A DNA stretch of 33,016 bases from assembly GCA_050250255.1 (NCBI GenBank), contig JBFWOZ010000033.1, positions 1-33,016 of the forward strand. The letters are read 5' to 3'. The DNA comes from Bdellovibrionales bacterium (lineage in GTDB: Bacteria; Bdellovibrionota; Bdellovibrionia; Bdellovibrionales; DASUEL01). The position numbers and the translations under genes were made by a program. How positions within the stretch are numbered: the stretch's first letter is position 1; each line of letters opens with the position of its first letter. Under the pieces are notes generated by a model. The model saw nothing but the letters and a program-made list of their open reading frames with translations, made no database searches and was not told the DNA's origin. This document shows positions 17,954 through 26,673 of the stretch, in pieces.

Positions 17954-18550
17954 TTAAGATTTTGCAAACCAAGGGACTTCGTACTTCCATCGTCGCGGAG
18001 TAAAATACCTGATAACCTTTAACACCAACCAACCAGAGAGGCTTCCGATAAATGCTCCGCCAATGACATCGGCTGGAAAATGAACACCGACATAAATACG
18101 ACTGTATGCAACGAGAATAGCAAAGAAAAAAACAAAATAGCTAGCGCGAGGGAAAATGGCAGAAATTATGGTGGCGGCAGCGAACATGTTGGCGGCGTGG
18201 AGAGAGGGAAAGCTGTGACCACTGTGAGAGTGAGTTTTAAGTTGCACTTGAGAAAGAACAATTTCGGGTCGATCGCGCTGAATATTATTTTTTATCAAAC
18301 GGTAGGCGATGAGATCGACAAGCAGGAGCGATAAAGTAATTCCGAAGGCTACAAAAAAAGTTTTTCGTGTTCTCATGATGAAACCTAAAATCAGGAGCGC
18401 GGGGATCACGTATTGTATCACCCAAGGCACTCGGTGAAGGTCGGTAATAACAGGCATGATGGAGTCTAGGATTGGGTGAACCCACTCCGAATTTATTAAT
18501 TGGAAAATATTTTGATCAAGTTTGGCATAAGACTTTAAGGACGCTTCCAT
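17954..18550 (-). CDS. PAP2-family membrane phosphatase (possible undecaprenyl-diphosphate phosphatase)
   Basis: K-x5-RP-like motif (IKNNIQRDRP), SFPSLHA and SRIYVGVHFPAD. Confidence 0.92.
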   Translation of the reverse strand: MEASLKSYAKLDQNIFQLINSEWVHPILDSIMPVITDLHRVPWVIQYVIPALLILGFIMRTRKTFFVAFGITLSLLLVDLIAYRLIKNNIQRDRPEIVLSQVQLKTHSHSGHSFPSLHAANMFAAATIISAIFPRASYFVFFFAILVAYSRIYVGVHFPADVIGGAFIGSLSGWLVLKVIRYFTPRRWKYEVPWFAKS

Positions 18551-18663
18551 TCCATTGAGAATACTCTGCTAATGTCTTATAGGACAAACTTTTTTTGCAG
18601 GACAATGGCCTAGAGTGTGAGGAGAAGCATGTCTTTTGATCACGCGGCTTTTATAATGTAGAG

Positions 18664-18873
18664 ATGATTTCTCTCCGCCGACTTAACAGCTCAGAAGTTT
18701 TTGTGAATCCTGATCTCATTCGTTTTGTAGAAGCAACGCCCGATACAGTTGTGACTTTAACGGATGGAATGCAATTACTTGTGAAGGATTCTCCTGAAGA
18801 GATTATCAATAAAGTAAAAGATTTTAGAAGAAGCTATCTATCAACGCGCGATGAACATCTTGTAAAGAGGTAG
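18664..18873 (+). CDS. flbD: Flagellar FlbD family protein
   Basis: LRRLN...VNPDLIRFVEATPDTVVTL...VKDSPEEI; directly upstream of motA. Confidence 0.92.
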   Translation: MISLRRLNSSEVFVNPDLIRFVEATPDTVVTLTDGMQLLVKDSPEEIINKVKDFRRSYLSTRDEHLVKR

Positions 18874-18876
18874 AAC

Positions 18877-19644
18877 ATGGACATAACAACCATTCTTGGG
18901 TTTGTTATCGGTATTGGCGGAATTCTGTTGGGACAGGTGCTGGAGGGCGGTCACGTCAGCTCCATCATGCAATTCACGGCCGCGATCATCGTGGTCGGTG
19001 GAACAGCGGGTGCCGTTCTTGTGGGAAGCCCAATGGAGGATATCAAAACGGCGATGAAACTTCTGAAGCTTGTATTTTTTAATCCTGCCGGAAGTTCCAA
19101 AGAAAAAATCATCGCGGACATTCTTGATGCGGCCCAAACAGCGAGAAAAGAGTCCATTCTAGCTCTCGAAAAAAAGCTTGGGGGATTCAACAACGAGTAC
19201 ATGCAGACAATCTTTCGCTTTGTGATCGACGGAATTGATTCCAAGACACTTGAAGATGTTTTCGAAACAGAAATTTACTTAGAAGAAGAATCAAACAACG
19301 CCGGGGCAAAGGTTTTTATGGATGCGGGTGGTTTTTCTCCCACCATCGGAATTATCGGGGCGGTTTTGGGTCTGATTCACGTGATGGAAAACCTTTCGGA
19401 TACCTCCAAACTAGGTTCGGGTATCGCGGTGGCATTCGTAGCGACAGTTTACGGGGTAGGACTTGCGAACCTTATGCTGATTCCTATGGCCAACAAATTA
19501 AAAAGAAAAATTAAATTACAGTCTGAGCTCAAGGAGATGATCCTCATTGGGGCGCTTGGAATTGTGGGTGGTCAAAATCCATTCATTATCGAACAAAAGT
19601 TACGTGCCTACACACATGGTTCGCGTAAAAAAGAAGGCGTTTAG
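18877..19644 (+). CDS. motA: Flagellar stator protein MotA
   Basis: IVVGGTAGA, ARKESILALE, SPTIGIIGAVLGLI, AFVATVYGV. Confidence 0.95.
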   Translation: MDITTILGFVIGIGGILLGQVLEGGHVSSIMQFTAAIIVVGGTAGAVLVGSPMEDIKTAMKLLKLVFFNPAGSSKEKIIADILDAAQTARKESILALEKKLGGFNNEYMQTIFRFVIDGIDSKTLEDVFETEIYLEEESNNAGAKVFMDAGGFSPTIGIIGAVLGLIHVMENLSDTSKLGSGIAVAFVATVYGVGLANLMLIPMANKLKRKIKLQSELKEMILIGALGIVGGQNPFIIEQKLRAYTHGSRKKEGV

Positions 19645-20387
19645 TGGCTAAAAAACACAGACACGAAGAACATGAAAACCATGAGCGCTGGTTAGTGTCC
19701 TACGCTGACTTTATTACGCTTCTTTTTGCGTTCTTCACGGTTCTCTATGCAACCTCTCAGAAAGATATATCGAAAGCGCGTGAGTTTGAGCAGTCGATTC
19801 GGAAATCATTCCGTTCCTTTTTGGATTTTGGTGGCATGCAAGGTGGTCATACGGCGTTTGATGAAGCGGCACGACCTATCCCTCCACCGATTGATCTTTA
19901 TCCCACCATGGGAAATAGTGCAGAGGTAGAGGCAAAGGTTCAAGAAATGATCGATAAATCTATGAGCGAAGCTGAGAAACAAGAAGTTATTGCGAGCATT
20001 CGTCATGATGCTGCTGGAGTGGAGATCACCCTTGCTTCCGCAGCACTTTTCCCTTCGGGCTCAGATCAGTTCTCTGATACAGGTTTGAAGGCTATTAATA
20101 AAATTGGCGCGGTTCTTAAAGCGAGCGGAAAGAAGATCATTGTTCAGGGTCATACCGATAATCAGCCGATTAGTACTTCACGCTACGCCAGTAACTGGGA
20201 GCTCTCGGCCGCACGTGCGACAAAAATTGTAAGGTATTTAGCAAGCCGGTTTAGTATTCCTGGAGAGCGACTTGTCGTTGTGGCTTATGCTGATAAAAAG
20301 CCCATTGCTTCGAACGACACTGAGGAAGGGCGGTCGAAAAACCGCCGCATCGAAATTATGATGGCAATGGGCGAAGGCCAATTCTAA
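19644..20387 (+). CDS. motB: Flagellar stator protein MotB
   Basis: ERWLVSYADFITLLFAFFTVLYA plus OmpA-like domain (GHTDN, SNWELSAARA, NRRIEI). Confidence 0.95.
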   Translation: MAKKHRHEEHENHERWLVSYADFITLLFAFFTVLYATSQKDISKAREFEQSIRKSFRSFLDFGGMQGGHTAFDEAARPIPPPIDLYPTMGNSAEVEAKVQEMIDKSMSEAEKQEVIASIRHDAAGVEITLASAALFPSGSDQFSDTGLKAINKIGAVLKASGKKIIVQGHTDNQPISTSRYASNWELSAARATKIVRYLASRFSIPGERLVVVAYADKKPIASNDTEEGRSKNRRIEIMMAMGEGQF

Positions 20388-20388
20388 T

Positions 20389-21108
20389 TTACTTCCGAAC
20401 AATCTTTACGTGTTTCATCACGATATCTGGATTTGGTTTGTCATTAGCACCAGTGGGGGCTTTTGAAATTTTCATTACCACATCCATGCCTTCAACCACT
20501 TTTCCAAAAATTGAGTGACGGTTGTTAAGGTGTGGAGTTGCGGAAACAGTGATGAAAAACTGACTACCATTTGTGTTAGGGCCTGCATTCGCCATAGAAA
20601 GAACTCCAGGACCATCATGCGTAAGACTTTTGTGAAACTCATCCGCAAATTTATACCCTGGCCCACCGATACCTTGACCGAGTGGATCTCCGCCTTGAAT
20701 CATAAAGCCTTCGATCACACGGTGAAAAATAAGACCATCATAAAAAGGGCGTTTTTCTTTTGTACCAGTTTTAGGATTCGTAAACTCTTTTGTACCCTCT
20801 GCAAGATCCGCGAAGTTAGCAACTGTGTTGGGAGCTTTGTCTGGATATAGTTCAACTTTAAAATTACCTAAGCTTGTTTCAAAAAGAGCAAATTTAGCGT
20901 CCATTTTTTTTCCTTTTTTTGCGTTATCTTTTTTGTTTTTAGATTTCTTATCTGTTTTTTTTTTAACATTTTTTTTATCAGTGGCCTGCTCTGCTTTTGC
21001 TTCAGGTGATGTCTCAATAGGAAGGGTTTTCGACTCTTCCGCGTGAGCAATTGACATAATAAACCAAGCCCCAACATACACGAGCAAAACGCGGATCATA
21101 ATCAACAT
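20389..21108 (-). CDS. Cyclophilin-type peptidyl-prolyl isomerase with signal peptide and Lys-rich linker
   Basis: FYDGLIFHRVIEGFMIQGGDP and LSMANAGPNTNGSQFFIT; AHA-EE cleavage site; AAGGAG RBS. Confidence 0.95.
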   Translation of the reverse strand: MLIMIRVLLVYVGAWFIMSIAHAEESKTLPIETSPEAKAEQATDKKNVKKKTDKKSKNKKDNAKKGKKMDAKFALFETSLGNFKVELYPDKAPNTVANFADLAEGTKEFTNPKTGTKEKRPFYDGLIFHRVIEGFMIQGGDPLGQGIGGPGYKFADEFHKSLTHDGPGVLSMANAGPNTNGSQFFITVSATPHLNNRHSIFGKVVEGMDVVMKISKAPTGANDKPNPDIVMKHVKIVRK

Positions 21109-21328
21109 AGATGTCTCCTTCTATCGAAGCGGCAGAAACTATTCCGCTCGAAGAGGAGGGTCAATCAAAAGGTCTCAGGGCCTTTTTTCTGGCTACACCG
21201 CTCCAAGCGCCTAAGTATCCTAAAACAGAGTTAAAACCTTAAAAAAAATTCAAAAAAGAGATTGGCATTTCCTTTTAAAAGCCAGTCTCTCTATGTTGAG
21301 TCACAAACAGCTGACCTAAGGGACCGTT

Positions 21329-21745
21329 ATGAAACAAGGCCTATTTTTATGTATTCTTTTTTCAATGATTTCTATACCGGCCATGAGCGCTCGATATTTT
21401 AAATGTATGGATGTTGAAGACACTGAATTTGGTGTGCTGATTAAAGACTTGGACGAGCCCATTGGTGGTCAGCGCTATACAGCAAGTACTTTTCCATTTA
21501 GTTTTTGCCAAGTGAGTGCTGATCCCCAGTATTGTTATGTCAGGACTGAGCCTAGTGTTTTATTAAATGTGGTATGTAATCAAGGGCGCGAGAGCCTTCA
21601 AATTTTTAACGACTACACAGGACAAAAAAGTCGTCGAGGCCCTCCTAGACGAGTCCCTTCAGATTTAGCTTGTGTGAAATTAACTGCAGCTTCGTTTACA
21701 GCTGAAAGAGCCAAACTTAGTCATTGTCGTTCGGCGGGCTATTGA
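21329..21745 (+). CDS. Hypothetical secreted protein (six Cys in the mature region)
   Basis: AAGGGA RBS and signal peptide MKQGLFLCILFSMISIPAMSA; sole ORF in the gap; no family recognised. Confidence 0.7.
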   Translation: MKQGLFLCILFSMISIPAMSARYFKCMDVEDTEFGVLIKDLDEPIGGQRYTASTFPFSFCQVSADPQYCYVRTEPSVLLNVVCNQGRESLQIFNDYTGQKSRRGPPRRVPSDLACVKLTAASFTAERAKLSHCRSAGY

Positions 21746-21783
21746 ACACCGAATCATAAAAGAAGATGATTTAGACTGTCTTT

Positions 21784-23178
21784 TTATTCGAGAAATCCTG
21801 ACCATTTTGGACGGAAATAATTGGCGCGATCTACGGTCACCCGACGCTCGTTTGTCCCATCGATGTTCATGATATAAATCTGATGTGTGCCTGTACGATT
21901 GCTGGTGAACATAATGTGACGCCCATCGGGAGAAAAGGTGGGGTCTTCATTATCGGCCATTTTACCGTTAGCTTTTTTTGCGCTGGTGAGTCGTTCAAGG
22001 TTCAAGCCGTTCACGTCCATCACAAAAATATCAAAATGAGTTTTGTCGTAGCCTGCAAACGCAATCTTTGTGCCGTCGGGAGACCAAGACGGACTTGCAT
22101 TATAGCGGCCTGCAAAAGTCACACGCTTGACGTTGGTGCCGTCAGAATTCATCACGTAAATCATCGGTTGGCCGCTGCGGTCTGAAGAGAAAGCGATGCG
22201 ATCACCTTTTGGACTTGGTGAAGGCTCCACGTTCATAGCAGAGCCAGGACCACGCGCCAGTGGAGTGAGCTGGGTACCATCTAGGCTCATGCGATAAATA
22301 TCAGGTGTGCCGGATTGTGAAACAGTGAGGAGAAGGGATTTCCCATCTGGAGTGAAGGTCGCGCCCGAGTTGATCCCTTTACGAGAAGAAAGAAGAAATC
22401 TTTTTTTCGTATCGAGTTCATAGGAGAAAAGGTCAACGTTTCTTGCTTTAGATTTTGTATGAAATGCGAAAGCTGTGTAGACGATGGTTTTATAATCTGG
22501 AGCCCATGACGGAGAAAGAGCGATCGATTTGTGGGCTGTGATTTTTTGCGGATTGTAACCATCCCAATCCATGACGTAAATTTCTTTAAATTTTCCTCCG
22601 CCCATATCGCTGGCGACGGTGAGCTTTGAAAGAAACATTCCTTTTTTTCCAGTGAGTTTTTCTAAAACGTCATTAGAAAATATGTGAGCCATTTTTCTCG
22701 CAGACGAAACGGAGCCAGTGTACTTCTTGCCAAATACAAGTTTTTGACTCGGAACAAAATAAACATATGTTTCAAGTTCAATTTGATTTCCGATAAGGTT
22801 GAAGCCTGAGCGAATAAGAAATTCAGCGCCGATTTGTTTCCAACTATCAAACTTAAAACCGTTAGTTTCAACTGGGGTAGGGCGCAGACTAGTTTTACTG
22901 GTGTCTTCCAGGAAGGCGTCTTGTTTTATGAATTGAAAATAAGAGCTAAACTCTAGGTCGTTCGTTATGGTATTAAAAATTTCATTTCCTACTGTCTTTT
23001 GTCGAGCTCCTCCAGCAGAACCATTAAACTGAATCGGTGGAAACGCGAGCAGGCTCTTTTTGAGTTTGGCCTCGCCGATTTTAATATAAACCGAAGGGGC
23101 GGAACCCGCTTCTTGGGCGAATAACGTTGGAGAGAAAATAAAAAATAAAAGAATGATGAAAATATTTTTTCGGCTCAT
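21784..23178 (-). CDS. tolB: Tol-Pal system beta-propeller protein TolB
   Basis: Signal peptide, TolB_N region and repeated PD40 (PSWSPDG..IAF) units; follows tolQRA. Confidence 0.93.
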   Translation of the reverse strand: MSRKNIFIILLFFIFSPTLFAQEAGSAPSVYIKIGEAKLKKSLLAFPPIQFNGSAGGARQKTVGNEIFNTITNDLEFSSYFQFIKQDAFLEDTSKTSLRPTPVETNGFKFDSWKQIGAEFLIRSGFNLIGNQIELETYVYFVPSQKLVFGKKYTGSVSSARKMAHIFSNDVLEKLTGKKGMFLSKLTVASDMGGGKFKEIYVMDWDGYNPQKITAHKSIALSPSWAPDYKTIVYTAFAFHTKSKARNVDLFSYELDTKKRFLLSSRKGINSGATFTPDGKSLLLTVSQSGTPDIYRMSLDGTQLTPLARGPGSAMNVEPSPSPKGDRIAFSSDRSGQPMIYVMNSDGTNVKRVTFAGRYNASPSWSPDGTKIAFAGYDKTHFDIFVMDVNGLNLERLTSAKKANGKMADNEDPTFSPDGRHIMFTSNRTGTHQIYIMNIDGTNERRVTVDRANYFRPKWSGFLE

Positions 23179-23249
23179 ACGAATCCCTTCGATAAGATCA
23201 TATTATTACATTCTATTTTTTAACGAGTATCAAGTCGGTTTGCGGTGTT

Positions 23250-23990
23250 CTAGTCGGGAAACCCAAGGACGAAGCCTTTTGTTGAAAAGAGATCCGCAAA
23301 TACTGCAGGAGGAGCGGGAAAAGGTGAGGACTTGTCAATTGCGTTGAGTACAAGTTCGTCGTAAGTGGTGTTACCGGAACTCGCAACGATCATTCTTTTA
23401 GTGACAATGCCTCGTTTATCAATAAACACATGAGCTCTAGCTTTGAGTTGAGCTTCTGACATCCACTGAGGAAGATCCCAATTCTGTTTCACATGTCTTT
23501 CGACGTTAGAAATATATCCGGCAATTTGATTTTGCTGAATTCCCTTTAGGGCGCTTCCTTGAGAAATAGTGTTCCCGGCAATAGCTGACTGTTTGCCGCG
23601 TTGAGATTGTTCAGTGACTTCGTCTTGGATGTTATTAAGAGCTTCGAGGGCTTTTAATTTTTCGAGGGCTTTTTTCTGCGCCTTTTTTAAATCCTCTTTT
23701 GCGGGGGCTTTCTCTTGCGCTTTTGGTTTGATCACCACTTTTTTCTCTTCAACGGGTGCGGGAGTGGATTTGGAAGGAGCGGGAGGCGCACTCACTTTAT
23801 CTTCAATGATGACCTGCTTTTTATCGGGAAGTCCTACGATATCAACGCGAATAGCATTTTCAAAAACAATGGGTTCAGTAGGAAAAAGATAAGCTTTTAC
23901 TGTAAAGACCAAAACCAATGCGACATGCAAAGCGATAGATTTAGAGATAAAACGCGATTGAATAACAGAAGCTTCTCGCTGCGCAATCAT
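23250..23990 (-). CDS. tolA: TolA/TonB-family energy transducer
   Basis: TM anchor with SxxxH (SIALH), Lys/Ala-rich linker, TonB_C-like domain (SSGNTTYD...PFPAPP); between tolR and tolB. Confidence 0.85.
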   Translation of the reverse strand: MIAQREASVIQSRFISKSIALHVALVLVFTVKAYLFPTEPIVFENAIRVDIVGLPDKKQVIIEDKVSAPPAPSKSTPAPVEEKKVVIKPKAQEKAPAKEDLKKAQKKALEKLKALEALNNIQDEVTEQSQRGKQSAIAGNTISQGSALKGIQQNQIAGYISNVERHVKQNWDLPQWMSEAQLKARAHVFIDKRGIVTKRMIVASSGNTTYDELVLNAIDKSSPFPAPPAVFADLFSTKGFVLGFPD

Positions 23991-24409
23991 TTACCTGACT
24001 TTGGAAGTGTGACAAGACCAATGTTGGAAATTCCTGCGGAACGAATTTCTCCCATCGCCTCTGCCACAAAACCGTAATCGACCTGTTTGTCGGCTTGAAG
24101 ATAGAGTTGTTTATTTTTTCGTGTTTCAAAAATGGCTCGGAGTTTTGTCTGTAACTGGTTCATGGGAATGGTGTTGGACCCTGCTTGTATCGTTCGATCC
24201 TTTTTGATCACAACCGTAAAGGGCTCTTCACTGGTTTCCACACCGGCACTGGCTGTCTCGGGAAGGTCGACATCAATCCCTTGTTGCATCATGGGAGCGG
24301 TCACCATGAAAATGATCAACAGAACGAGCATCACATCAACAAACGGCGTAACATTGATTTCGTTCAGTGCGGATCTTCGGTTAGAGCCTTGTTTTATGGC
24401 CGCGCCCAT
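23987..24409 (-). CDS. tolR: TolR
   Basis: EINVTPFVDVMLVLLIIFMVTAP, LQADKQVDYG. Confidence 0.95.
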   Translation of the reverse strand: MGAAIKQGSNRRSALNEINVTPFVDVMLVLLIIFMVTAPMMQQGIDVDLPETASAGVETSEEPFTVVIKKDRTIQAGSNTIPMNQLQTKLRAIFETRKNKQLYLQADKQVDYGFVAEAMGEIRSAGISNIGLVTLPKSGK

Positions 24410-24411
24410 GA

Positions 24412-25188
24412 TTACTCACCTTTAAAGAAATTGCGTTTTGCGATATTCAAAAAGTCAGCGCAGAAATTACTCAGTTCCAATTCTTCTCGTTTAATTTTAG
24501 TCAGATAAAAATTGTAAGCGGCACCTGCAGGAATTGCCGTTGCAAGACCAATTGCCGTTGCAATAAGTGCTTCAGAAATTCCGGGAGCGACCACTGCTAA
24601 GTTCGCGGATCCAGTTGCTCCGATTTGGTGGAAGGAGGTCATGATTCCCCAAACTGTTCCAAAAAGACCTACGAAAGGAGCGTTGCTACTGGTTGTAGCT
24701 AAAAAATTAAGGCTTCCTTCAAGGTGGATGATTTCATTATCCATCGATTTTCTTAATGCTCGATCGAGATTATCAAGTCCTTCCAATCGAGGGGCCGCGG
24801 CATTCTCTGTGGGAGTTGGATTTTTTTGTGCGGATTCTGCGAGTCGCTGGAGTTCCGCATAACCAGCAGAAAAAATTTCGGCAATTGGGCTTCCGCGATG
24901 GTCTTCTCCTTTTTCATGAATGGCATCGAGTGATGGAGATTTCCAAAAGACTTCAAGAAATGCTTCGTTTTCCCGTCGTACCAAAGAGAATTGTTTTCTT
25001 TTGGCTAAAATGATGGCCCAGCTCATAACCGAAAGTCCTACGAGAAGGAGAAGGGTGAGTTGAACGACCGGGCTTGCGGTTAAAATCGCGTCAAACGCAT
25101 TGGTATTGACGCCCACTTTTACGGATGGGGGGGCAGCATAAGCAAAATTCATAGAAAAAATGGTAACGCTGCTGATGGGGGAAGGCAA
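24412..25188 (-). CDS. tolQ: TolQ (true start may be ATG 25152)
   Basis: APFVGLFGTVWGIM and VVAPGISEALIATAIGL. Confidence 0.94.
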   Translation of the reverse strand: MPSPISSVTIFSMNFAYAAPPSVKVGVNTNAFDAILTASPVVQLTLLLLVGLSVMSWAIILAKRKQFSLVRRENEAFLEVFWKSPSLDAIHEKGEDHRGSPIAEIFSAGYAELQRLAESAQKNPTPTENAAAPRLEGLDNLDRALRKSMDNEIIHLEGSLNFLATTSSNAPFVGLFGTVWGIMTSFHQIGATGSANLAVVAPGISEALIATAIGLATAIPAGAAYNFYLTKIKREELELSNFCADFLNIAKRNFFKGE

Positions 25189-25210
25189 GAGCGCATCTCA
25201 TGAACGGATT

Positions 25211-26089
25211 CTACAACGACGAACGCACTCTCCAGAGAAAAGGAAAGCACTGCTTTGATGTCGTAGAGCGTAAATACTGATTTCCTGATGATCCACCGGT
25301 GCCCATTTTCATTCCAATGATTCTTTCAACCACGCGAACGTGGTGATCGCGCCAGAGCCCTAAGTATTGATCAAAGTCGACCAGCGATTCCGTCAAAATA
25401 TAGAGTTCGAGATTATCGTAAGGCTGTTTATAGATAGGTCGGAGCGCCTGAATCACCTTTTCCATATCGGCGTCGTTATCTATAAGGTGAGCACGGGTGA
25501 CATTGTCTGGAAGCTTGAAGCCCATGCCCTTGAGCATTTCTAAATAAACTGTAGGGAGATCGGGTTCGTTGAGACGTTTTCTGAGGCGCGTTTCGGCGTC
25601 TTCAATATTTTTTAAAAATTGGAAATAGCGTTCATCTTTTAGGCCTGACACGAATTCGATCTCGCGAAACTGGAGAGATTGAAAGCCGCTTGCAGGGCCG
25701 AGACGGGTTCGGAACTCAAGGAAATCCTGGGGAGTCATCGTCTCAAGAATGTGAATTTGCGGCACGAGAAGGCGGAAAATCTCCACCACACGTTTCATAA
25801 AGTGGTTGGCGCTGAGAAGATTTTTGTTCTGTAAAAGTTCTTTCGCTTTATCTAATTCATGAAGCACTAATTTGAACCAGAGTTCATAAGTTTGGTGGAT
25901 AACGATGAAAAGCAATTCATCATGATGCTCTGGAGAGGACTGATGAACCTGCATTCCAAGAATGTCTCGAATCTTCAGGTAAGTCTCATAAGTGAGATCG
26001 GAGGTACCGTAAGGTTTGAGCGACTCGAGATGATCTGTGCGACGGTCTTTCATAGGCTCTTTCTCGAGGGTAATGCCGGGTTTGTCCAC
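25211..26089 (-). CDS. kynA: Tryptophan 2,3-dioxygenase (start may be ATG 26053)
   Basis: YETYL, LLFIVIHQTYELWFK, ASGFQSLQFR, WRDHH, IIG-x-K-x-GTGGSSG. Confidence 0.95.
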   Translation of the reverse strand: MDKPGITLEKEPMKDRRTDHLESLKPYGTSDLTYETYLKIRDILGMQVHQSSPEHHDELLFIVIHQTYELWFKLVLHELDKAKELLQNKNLLSANHFMKRVVEIFRLLVPQIHILETMTPQDFLEFRTRLGPASGFQSLQFREIEFVSGLKDERYFQFLKNIEDAETRLRKRLNEPDLPTVYLEMLKGMGFKLPDNVTRAHLIDNDADMEKVIQALRPIYKQPYDNLELYILTESLVDFDQYLGLWRDHHVRVVERIIGMKMGTGGSSGNQYLRSTTSKQCFPFLWRVRSSL

Positions 26090-26121
26090 TCAAGAATGAT
26101 GCGCTTCTTCAGGAGCCTATT

Positions 26122-26177
26122 TTAATCGGACTTTTATTGCCGTATATATTGACGGAACTGTCATTATCGTTTAGTGT
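26122..26177 (+). promoter_or_regulatory. Putative sigma70 promoter of the suf operon, overlapped by candidate Rrf2 operator(s)
   Basis: TTGACG(26149)-N17-TAGTGT(26172). Inverted repeat TGAC-N6-GTCA overlaps the -35; a weaker CGGAC-N7-GCCG site lies just upstream. Confidence 0.5.
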
Positions 26178-26223
26178 TCAGTTGGCTTTTTAGGCTTCTA
26201 AAAGGTCCTTAAGGAATTCATAA

Positions 26224-26673
26224 ATGCTTAAAATAACTCGTAAAATTGAATATTCCCTAGTGGCTTTACAGCACCTGGCAACTCGGCACCAAGGGGAGCT
26301 AACTACGGCAAAAGAGATCTCAGATCTCTACGGCGTCCCTTTTGATGTGGTCGCAAAGGTCATGCAGACCCTGGCTCATAGCAGCGTTTTGAAATCAGAG
26401 CAGGGGCCGTCTGGTGGTTACTTAGTTCAAAAAGATCTTACCAAAATTTCGTTTTTGGATCTTGTGGAAATTGTGGAGGGACCCATGGGCTTAGCACGAT
26501 GTCTCCATCAGGATAAAGCCACCAATTGCGAGATCTACAATAAATGTAATATCGTTTCGCCGATTTCTTATTTGAACGAAAAACTAACGGATTTCTATCG
26601 GCAGATTTCTGTTTCTGAACTTTTAAAACAAGGTCGAGGTACATGGCAGACAACTACAAATACGGCTTTGTAA
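26224..26673 (+). CDS. Rrf2-family transcriptional regulator (IscR/SufR-like, three Cys)
   Basis: Winged helix with SEQGPSGGY and Cys cluster C-x8-C-x5-C; heads the suf operon. Confidence 0.93.
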   Translation: MLKITRKIEYSLVALQHLATRHQGELTTAKEISDLYGVPFDVVAKVMQTLAHSSVLKSEQGPSGGYLVQKDLTKISFLDLVEIVEGPMGLARCLHQDKATNCEIYNKCNIVSPISYLNEKLTDFYRQISVSELLKQGRGTWQTTTNTAL

